Positions 1 through 6,249 of a stretch of DNA of 7,581 nt are shown in pieces. The stretch is from the NCBI RefSeq assembly GCF_006345805.1, contig NW_021828918.1, forward strand, positions 1 to 7,581, written 5' to 3'. The translations under genes and the position numbers were made by a program. The DNA comes from Octopus sinensis (Eukaryota). Under the pieces are notes generated by a model, which was given only the letters and a program-made list of their open reading frames with translations, was not told the origin of the DNA and made no database searches. Within the stretch, counting starts at the first letter, position 1. Each line of letters opens with the position of its first letter.

Positions 1-50
1 AAGATCATATTTAAATTAACGATCTTATCCTTATATATATATATATTGAT

Positions 51-436
51 ATGTGACGGATTTCCACGCAGTTTCCGCCGACCAAATTCACTCACACGGC
101 GCTAAAGTGGAAGATAAATTCCCAGCTTGCCGCGTTGTAGGATTGAACCCGGAATCACGTAGTTGCAAAGTGATCTTATATATATATATTTCTTTATTAC
201 CCACAAGGGGCTAAACACAGAGGCGACAAACAAGGACAGACAAACGGATTGAGTTGATTACATCGACCCCAGTGCGTAACTGGTACTTAATTTATCGACC
301 CCGAAAGGATGAAAGTCAAAGTCGACCTCGGCGGAATTTGAACTCAGAACGTAACGGCAGACGAAATACGGCTACGCATTTCGCCCGGCGTGCTAACGTT
401 TCTGCCAGCTCGCCGCCTGAAGTGATCTTAAATACA
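51..436 (-). mobile_element. Degenerate tRNA-derived SINE, interrupted near its 5' end by a younger SINE (parts 51-178 and 420-436)
   Basis: Minus strand reads ...TAAGATCACTTTGCAACTACGTGATTCCGGGTTCAATCCTACAACGCGGCAAGCTGGG...GTGAGTGAATTTGGTCGGCGGAAACTGCGTGGAAATCCGTC followed by a (TA)n tail. B-box-like GGGTTCAATCC at 140-150. Family resemblance to common cephalopod SINEs is from recall. Confidence 0.65.
179..418 (-). mobile_element. Full-length tRNA-derived SINE with a Meta-like central domain, (TA)n tail and 11-bp TSD
   Basis: 5' AGGCGGCGAGCTGGCAGAAACGTTAG contains an A-box-like motif (395-407). B-box GAGTTCAAATTCC at 333-345. Central TTTCATCCTTTCGGGGTCGATAAATTAAGTACCAG resembles the MetaSINE domain. 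(TA)n tail at 179-190. TSD AAGTGATCTTA at 168-178 and 420-430. Confidence 0.88.
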
Positions 437-439
437 TAT

Positions 440-690
440 ATATTACGACGGATAATCTCTCGTAGTCCGAGAAAGATGGTTCTGCATAAATGATTTGTTT
501 TAGGGGTCACCTGTATGTGCTGTACTCGCTTCTTCCATCAAATCGACAAACGCCGGGTACCGAAAAGACCGCAAAACAACGTTGGGGTGAAGTGCTTTGT
601 TCACGAACACAACGAACCACCGTGTCGAGGGATTGAAACCACGAACTCGCGATCGTCAGTGCAACACGCTAACCACTTAGCCATGCGCGC
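440..690 (-). mobile_element. tRNA-derived SINE with a CORE-like segment
   Basis: Minus strand GCGCGCATGGCTAAGTGGTTAGCGTGTTGCACTGACGATCGCGAGTTCGTGGTTTCAATCCC: A box TGGCTAAGTGG and B-box-like GGTTTCAATCC with tRNA-like spacing. Then GTTGTGTTCGTGAACAAAGCACTT (CORE-like), ending CCGTCGTAATATATA. The 3' boundary is approximate. Confidence 0.75.
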
Positions 691-693
691 TCT

Positions 694-950
694 ACACACA
701 CACACACACACAGACGCACGCACACACACGCACGCACACACATATACACGTACACACATATATAGATACACATATTCACACACATTCACACACACATACA
801 CACACATATAGACACACATACATATATATATATACACACACATACACATACGTATATATATATATATATACACATATATACACACATGCACGCATACACA
901 CACACACATATATATACGCACACACGCTCACGCATGCAACACACACAAGC
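694..950. repeat. Compound (CA)n/(TA)n/(CACG) microsatellite
   Basis: Direct inspection. Confidence 0.95.
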
Positions 951-1106
951 ATACATCTAGGTATACATGTTACAGTAAAAGCAGTATTGTCGTTGGAATA
1001 CTCAGCCACTTCCATGATAATTCAATTATTTGCCAGTTGAATTACTCCAACAACTGGAATCCAACATCATCGTCGCAACCGATGGAGATCCTTTTATTTT
1101 TTTTAT

Positions 1107-1156
1107 GTACTGTGTGTTTGTGTATATCTGTGTGTACATATGGGTATATATGTGTA

Positions 1157-1191
<35 letters not shown>

Positions 1192-1407
1192 GTGTATGTG
1201 TGGTGTGTGTGTGTATGTGTGTGTGTGTGTATGTGTATGTGTGTGCGCATATGTGAATGTGAGTGTGTGTGTGTGTGTGTGAGTGTGTGTGTATGTGTGT
1301 GTGTGTGTGTGTGTATGTGTGTGTGCGCATATGTGAATGTGAGTGTGTGTGTGTGTGTGAGTGTGTGTGTATGTGTGTGTATGTGTATGTGTGTGTGTGT
1401 GTGTGTG
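1107..1407. repeat. Compound (TG)n microsatellite with an internal ~80-bp higher-order duplication
   Basis: The interruption pattern GCGCATATGTGAATGTGAGT recurs at 1245 and 1325. Confidence 0.95.
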
Positions 1408-1412
1408 CAACT

Positions 1413-1642
1413 TGAGTCGAGACATGTTAAACGTACCAGCTGTTATCAAGGGTTGAACCCTGCACTTCGAAACTCCACTGAAACTTTTATTTCCACTGCC
1501 CCACCCCCTTTTTCTTGAGCCTTCTCTACCCCCCGGTCCCCTCCCCATTGCACCACCACCCACACACACTTTATACCCCAAGAGGTGGAGAAGGGGTCTC
1601 ACTCCCTGCTGTCAGTAGATATTGGTTCCTTCACATTCCACG
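1413..1642 (+). repeat. Left arm of a long inverted repeat (partner 1944-2178)
   Basis: The reverse complement matches 1944-2178 with 4 substitutions, a 1-nt homopolymer indel and a length change in the GT/G microsatellite. Confidence 0.97.
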
Positions 1643-1777
1643 CTCCGGCAGCATCCTGCCTCGAGCAACACCACCAGTCACTGGCCTTGGGCTAAACACT
1701 AACAACAAGGCGAGGCACATCAAATGATGTACTCCTAGATAGACTAAGTTAGAAAAAAATATGGGATTGTCTTGACT

Positions 1778-1944
1778 GGGATTGAAACCACGAACTCGCA
1801 ATCGTCAGCGCAACACGCTAACCACTTAGCCATGCGCGCTCTACACTCACACACAGACGCACGCACACACATATATAGATACACACATATAGATACACAT
1901 ATTCACACACATCCACACACGCATACACACACATATAGACGCAC
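1778..1944 (+). repeat. Direct copy of 629-817 (SINE head plus flanking CA microsatellite)
   Basis: GGGATTGAAACCACGAACTCGC...CCATGCGCGCTCTACAC differs by only 2 substitutions. The flanking interruptions (GACGCACGCAC, ATATAGATACACATATTCACAC) are also copied, which points to local DNA duplication rather than independent retroposition. Confidence 0.93.
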
Positions 1945-2178
1945 GTGGAATGTGAAGGAACCAATATCTACTGACAGCAGGGAGTAAGGCCCCTTCTCCA
2001 CCTCTTTGGGTATAAAGTGTGTGTGTGTGTGGGGGGGGGTGCAATGGGGAGGGGACCGGGGGTAGAGAAGGCTCAAGAAAAAGGGGGTGGGGCAGTGGAA
2101 ATAAAAGTTTCAGTGGAGTTTCGAGGTGCAGGGTTCAACCCTTGATAACAGCTGGTACGTTTAACATGTCTCGACTCA
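1944..2178 (-). repeat. Right arm of the inverted repeat (inverted copy of 1413-1642)
   Basis: Base-by-base reverse-complement match; contains a G-quadruplex-type motif at 2031-2062. Confidence 0.97.
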
Positions 2179-2339
2179 TCGGCCTGCTTGCTCAGGAGTG
2201 ACCTGGTGCTAAACAACTGGGAAGGATACATTATTTAGCGTAGTCCTAGATACACTATACCTGAATAAGAGAAGTGATGGTCACGGCAGGAACATCTTTG
2301 ATCATTGGTCCGTGGGATGGGGACTGCCCCTGGGGATAA

Positions 2340-2360
2340 CCAACAACAACAACAGCAACA
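2340..2360. repeat. Imperfect (CAA)n microsatellite
   Basis: CAACAACAACAACAGCAACAA. Confidence 0.9.
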
Positions 2361-2504
2361 AATACAGGTAACAGCTGAGGTGCTCATGACAGCCCTATCT
2401 TTGCCCTTCACCCGAGCACCTCACCTTGATGTCCTCCAAGGTGGGCTTCTCACCTTGGTCTATCTACGCTTCGCCTCCACCTTTATGTCAAGGGGTGGGG
2501 GATA

Positions 2505-2546
2505 CACCACCACCACCACCACCACCACCACCACCACCACCACCAC
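2505..2546. repeat. (CAC)14 microsatellite
   Basis: Direct inspection. Confidence 0.97.
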
Positions 2547-2782
2547 GAGGGAGACGGAAGGGGTGTGGGCTGACATGCCAGCATCCAGCCCTACAACCCT
2601 GGGTCACCCATCCTGCTTCACAAGAAGTCATTATCAGAGATTCTGGAGTGAAGGTCATTAAGATTGATTGATAGTGGTGGCGGGAAAGCTTGTCTGTCTG
2701 CCTGTGTGTCTGTCTCCGAAAACGATCTCTTTGAGGCGAGATCGCTGTTGTATTTAGGAGCTGGTTGGGCCACACATCAGCA

Positions 2783-2821
2783 CATACATACATACATACA
2801 TACATACATACATACATACAT

Positions 2822-2869
<48 letters not shown>

Positions 2870-2924
2870 GTTTATATGTTTATGTGTTATATCTATCTAT
2901 CTATCTATTTATATAATATATATA

Positions 2925-2991
<67 letters not shown>

Positions 2992-3266
2992 GGATATATA
3001 TATATATATATTATATATATGTGTGTATATATATATGAATGTAAATATATATATATATATATACAAACTCACGCGTACATATACATAATTACATACACAC
3101 ACATACACATATACATATGCATAATATATATATATGTATATATATATATATACACACATGCACACACACTCACTCACACACACGCACATACACAGACACA
3201 CACATTCATGTATGTATGCATGTATATATGTCTGTATCCATACATAATAAACACACACACACACAT
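2783..3266. repeat. Compound microsatellite: (CATA)14, (CA)n, long pure (TA)n (~2927-2983), mixed CA/TA
   Basis: Direct inspection. Confidence 0.95.
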
Positions 3267-3289
3267 ACGATATCAAATTGCACTGTTGA

Positions 3290-3650
3290 CACGAAGAGGG
3301 AGAGAGGGAGGCAAGGAGGGAAAGAGGCGAAGAAGGAATCTTTGGGTGAAGGAGAGGAAGGTGGATGCTGGATGCTTGATAGAGAGAGAGAGAGAGGGGG
3401 CTTCGAGAAGGAGAGGAAGGGGAGCGCGAGTGGTGGGTGACGGGTTTGTAGTAGGAGGCCTCTCGGTTAGATAAGTAATGTAAAATTAGAGTGAAGTATT
3501 CTGGGAAGGAATACATCTGCTGTGGAATGGCGAGTGTAGGAGAAGAGAGTGAGAGGGTAGTGGGAGTAGTGAGTACAGAGAGGGGAGGAGGAGGAGGTGG
3601 GGAGAGACAATGTGTGTGTATGTATATATATGTATGTATGTATATATGGT
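3290..3650 (+). repeat. GA-rich polypurine low-complexity region with (GA)n, (GGA)n and a terminal (TG)/(TATG) tract
   Basis: Strong purine strand bias; (GA)n at ~3381-3396, (GGA)n at ~3584-3597. Confidence 0.8.
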
Positions 3651-3784
3651 ATGTTGATAAAGTGAGATGAATGGGGATAGAAATTATAGGTGGAGAATTA
3701 GATGTACAAACATGTTTTTATACACGATAAGTTCCAACGCACGAAACTTTTGGTCGTTGAGTTACTCTCTTTGTTGCCGCGAAA

Positions 3785-3949
3785 GTTTGGTTTCAAGGTC
3801 AGCAATTTCAGGAGATGGAGGTAAATCGGTTACGTCGACCCCAGTGCGTAACTGGTACTTATTTAATCGACCCTGAAGGGATGAAAGGCAAAGTCGACCT
3901 CGGCGGAATTTGAACTCAGAATGTAGCGGCAGACTGCCAGCACGCCGCC

Positions 3950-3950
<1 letters not shown>
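3785..3950 (-). mobile_element. Second Meta-like tRNA SINE copy with a different 3' tail and a 40-bp deletion in the head
   Basis: 3835-3934 matches 263-362 with 7 substitutions in 100 bp. B-box at 3903-3915. Same 5' end (CGCCGCCT, 3943-3950). The equivalent of 363-402 is missing. Confidence 0.88.

Positions 3951-4013
<63 letters not shown>
3951..4013. repeat. (AAT)21 perfect microsatellite
   Basis: 63 bp of uninterrupted AAT. Confidence 0.98.
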
Positions 4014-4014
<1 letters not shown>

Positions 4015-4375
4015 TCCTGATGCAGTACCAGGCAATGGCTCTCGTGGCTTCTGATCTTAACTAATTGGAAGTGTTATCATGTACATTGTTTTGTCTTGGC
4101 ATAAAAGATGGCCTACAGCAAATATTCTGCTCAATACCACAGATTTGCTTCTCAGTTGTTTGACCTTAACCAGTTGAGCATGTCCCTTAGTGGCTGATGA
4201 TATGTGCATCTCTGATCACGAGCATCTCTGATCACGAGCATCTCTGATCACGATATCTGCATCTCTGATCATAGCTGTGTGTTGAGAGGGATTCTTTGGA
4301 GTTTGGTTAATTTACCTCTGGAAACATGGGTGTTTCGTTCAACATACTTAAACAACCCTTATTCTAACTGGGTCC
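4014..4375. mobile_element. Probable (AAT)n-associated interspersed repeat segment; orientation unresolved
   Basis: Abuts (AAT)21 on one side and the RLE fragment on the other. Resembles a recurrent cephalopod repeat from recall only; no coding signal found. Confidence 0.4.
4199..4271 (+). repeat. 16-bp tandem repeat GCATCTCTGATCACGA x3 plus a register-shifted fourth copy
   Basis: Units at 4206-4221, 4222-4237 and 4238-4253; partial unit at 4259-4271. Confidence 0.95.
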
Positions 4376-4766
4376 CAAATCAAAATAGCTTACAAATGGT
4401 ACAAGGACCATACCGAGGCTGTAACTGAGGGAGAAAATGTAACGATTCATTGGGACTTTCCAGTACATAGAGAACGGACCGTCAAAGCTAATCAGCCAGA
4501 TATTGTTGTGAAAGACCAAAACAATAAAATCTGTTTTTATTGATTGACATGAGCAGAGCCTGGTGACCATAGTGTCTCGGCAAAAGAGTTTGATCAGCTC
4601 AGAAAATATAAATATTCGCTAATCGAAACCGAAAAGAGGTGGCATCTGAAGACGGTTACAAATACCAGTGATTGTAGGAACACTTGGAATGGTCAAAACA
4701 GGAACTGAAAATTATTTAAGAATGATCCCTGGCTTACCAGCCATGCCGGAAGTGCAAAAGATTGCA
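4376..4766 (+). mobile_element. Frameshifted C-terminal restriction-like endonuclease (RLE) fragment of an R4/Dong-like non-LTR retrotransposon
   Basis: Manual translation: QIKIAYKWYKDHTEAVTEGENVTIHWDFPVHRERTVKANQPDIVVKDQNNKICF (4376-4537) / LIDMSR (4540-4557) / PGDHSVSAKEFDQLRKYKYSLIETEKRWHLKTVT (4559-4660) / IPVIVGTLGMVKTGTENYLRMIPGLPAMPEVQKIA (4662-4766). The WDF, PDIVV, ID, KY, IPVIVG.LG and QK.A blocks match the RLE motif order. Three frameshifts. Confidence 0.88.
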
Positions 4767-4795
4767 GTTTCCCATATTTGCCAGTAGATGGCGTC
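4763..4795 (+). promoter_or_regulatory. Candidate CTCF site with upstream motif
   Basis: Core CCAGTAGATGGCGTC (4781-4795) matches CCASYAGRKGGCRSY at 14 of 15 positions. TGCAGTTTCCC starts 18 nt before the core, similar to the ZF9-11 upstream motif. Confidence 0.55.
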
Positions 4796-4928
4796 GTAGT
4801 GACTACTGCTGCCGCCGCCGCTGCAGTTGAAGTCTTTCTTCCTCCAGGATTGTGACGACGCACAGACATCCTTGACAAGAAATAAAAATTGCGATTAGGG
4901 AAATTAATCAACAGTTTTAATGGATCCG

Positions 4929-5251
4929 CACACACACACATGTATGTATGTATACACACATATATATATATACGCACATATATATATATATACACATATA
5001 TATATACATGCATATATAAGCACATATATGTATATACACACATATACACAGATGCACATATACATGTGCATATGTACACTCATCACATGCATCATGCACA
5101 CGCACATACATATAGACACAAATACATAGACATACATACACACACATACACACACACACGCACACACAGCTACACATGCATACAGATACTCACATATACA
5201 CATACACACTAACACGCATATATACACACACATACACACATACTCACACAC
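4929..5251. repeat. Compound (CA)/(TA)/(CATA) microsatellite
   Basis: Direct inspection. Confidence 0.95.
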
Positions 5252-5349
5252 TTTCTCTCCCCTTTCATTCCCCTTCACCCCACCCCTCCATTTATTTCTC
5301 CCCCTCTCCGCTCCTATCAAATACGGTTGCTTATTGACACAAACATCAT

Positions 5350-5428
5350 CACACACACACAAACATACACACACACACAAACATACACACACACACCACA
5401 CACACACACACACACCACTCACACACAC
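5350..5428. repeat. (CA)n microsatellite with a repeated AAACATA interruption
   Basis: Direct inspection. Confidence 0.95.
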
Positions 5429-5453
5429 GTCTGTAATCACATATTTCTCTCCA

Positions 5454-5476
5454 CCGCCGCCGCCGCCGCCGCCGCC
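5454..5476. repeat. (CCG)7-8 trinucleotide repeat
   Basis: CCGCCGCCGCCGCCGCCGCCGCC. Confidence 0.97.
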
Positions 5477-5730
5477 TCCACCCCTGCCGTTCGCTGCTAT
5501 TTACGACACTAGCGCCATCTTCCGTGTTTAAAGAAGCCAGCTGTTAATTTGTTTACGTTGCACCCAGTTCGGTGGTTGACGAGGTCAAGGTACCCGGGGT
5601 AGAGATCTAGCTGAACCGGGTACGTGTCATCTCAATAACCAGAATGAAATATCTTTGGAAGATCAGCCTCAAACCGGAAGTGAGTTTTTCTTTTCGAGAG
5701 AGCAGTGATGGGGGTGCGGGGTGGGGGTGG
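5454..5730. promoter_or_regulatory. CpG-rich promoter-like patch with YY1 and ETS motifs
   Basis: GCGCCATCTTCCG (5512-5524) is a YY1 consensus CGCCATCTT overlapping an ETS core. ACCGGAAGTG (5673-5682) is a full ETS consensus. Also a (CCG)n tract and G-tracts at 5710-5730. Confidence 0.45.
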
Positions 5731-6249
5731 CTGTGAACTATTACAGCAGTGGTCGTATTTGGGTGGGTGAAACGGGTAGAAGAGACGTTATGTACGGTTA
5801 ATGTGGTGGTCATATTTGGCTGTTGCTGTATAACCCCAGGTCAGCCCTCAGTAGTCAAATCTATGATCAAATGACGTTCTGATCATGACCATCCCGCCAG
5901 TTAAGATACTAGGGGTGGGGGTGACACATGTAATGAACCCTTCCTTTGTTCCTTAAACAAAAATATTTATTTCTATTTATTATTGTATGGTATACATACA
6001 GCTATGTTCAGCATGGCCCCGACAACCTGAACATCAAATTCAGAGATCGTCAATGACCGGGGATTCTTGCCATACCCTCACCCCTGCACGATTCGCAACA
6101 TACTCGCACCCCAGCTCAATTTCTTCCCCACCCCCAACAGGCCCAGCTGTATTTAACATTATCCCAAAACAAATCAATCAAGGAAAAGATCCCATAAACT
6201 TCAAATGATATTTGGAGAATTTCTTCAAGGGAAACCCAGATAAGTCACC

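Noticed and set aside
629-690. tRNA-like sequence (also 1778-1839 and 330-418)
   Set aside because: A and B boxes are present but I could not build a complete cloverleaf, and the sequence continues into SINE body; these are SINE heads, not tRNA genes.
992-1057. Short inverted repeats (TAATTCAA/TTGAATTA, CCAGTTG/CAACTGG) suggesting a pre-miRNA
   Set aside because: Stems are 7-8 bp, overlapping and asymmetric; there is no continuous ~25-30-bp stem.
515-1602. Long ORFs rich in HT/CV/YI dipeptides (also 1772-2044, 2488-3516, 4693-5531, 7005-7430)
   Set aside because: These are translations of dinucleotide and tetranucleotide microsatellites or purine tracts that lack stop codons; no domain-like sequence.
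1413-2178. Interpreting the inverted repeat as TIRs of a DNA transposon or MITE
   Set aside because: No TSD flanks the outer ends, no transposase lies inside, and the junction microhomologies are better explained by templated insertion.
2305-2661. ORF with polyQ and polyT, and a good donor CAG|GTAACA at 2368/2369
   Set aside because: Low complexity comes from (CAA)n and (CAC)n. An in-frame TGA at 2299-2301 lies just upstream and no acceptor follows it, so a coding exon is unsupported.
3793-3801. TCAAGGTCA nuclear-receptor (ERR/SF-1) half-site
   Set aside because: A single 9-mer inside a SINE tail; plausible by chance and unsupported by context.
4206-4271. Short direct repeats superficially like a CRISPR array
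   Set aside because: Units are 16 bp and directly adjacent with no unique spacers; eukaryotic context; no cas genes.
5790-5900. Segment vaguely reminiscent of a cephalopod interspersed repeat
   Set aside because: Resemblance is from memory only; no Pol III boxes, tail, TSD or second copy in the window.
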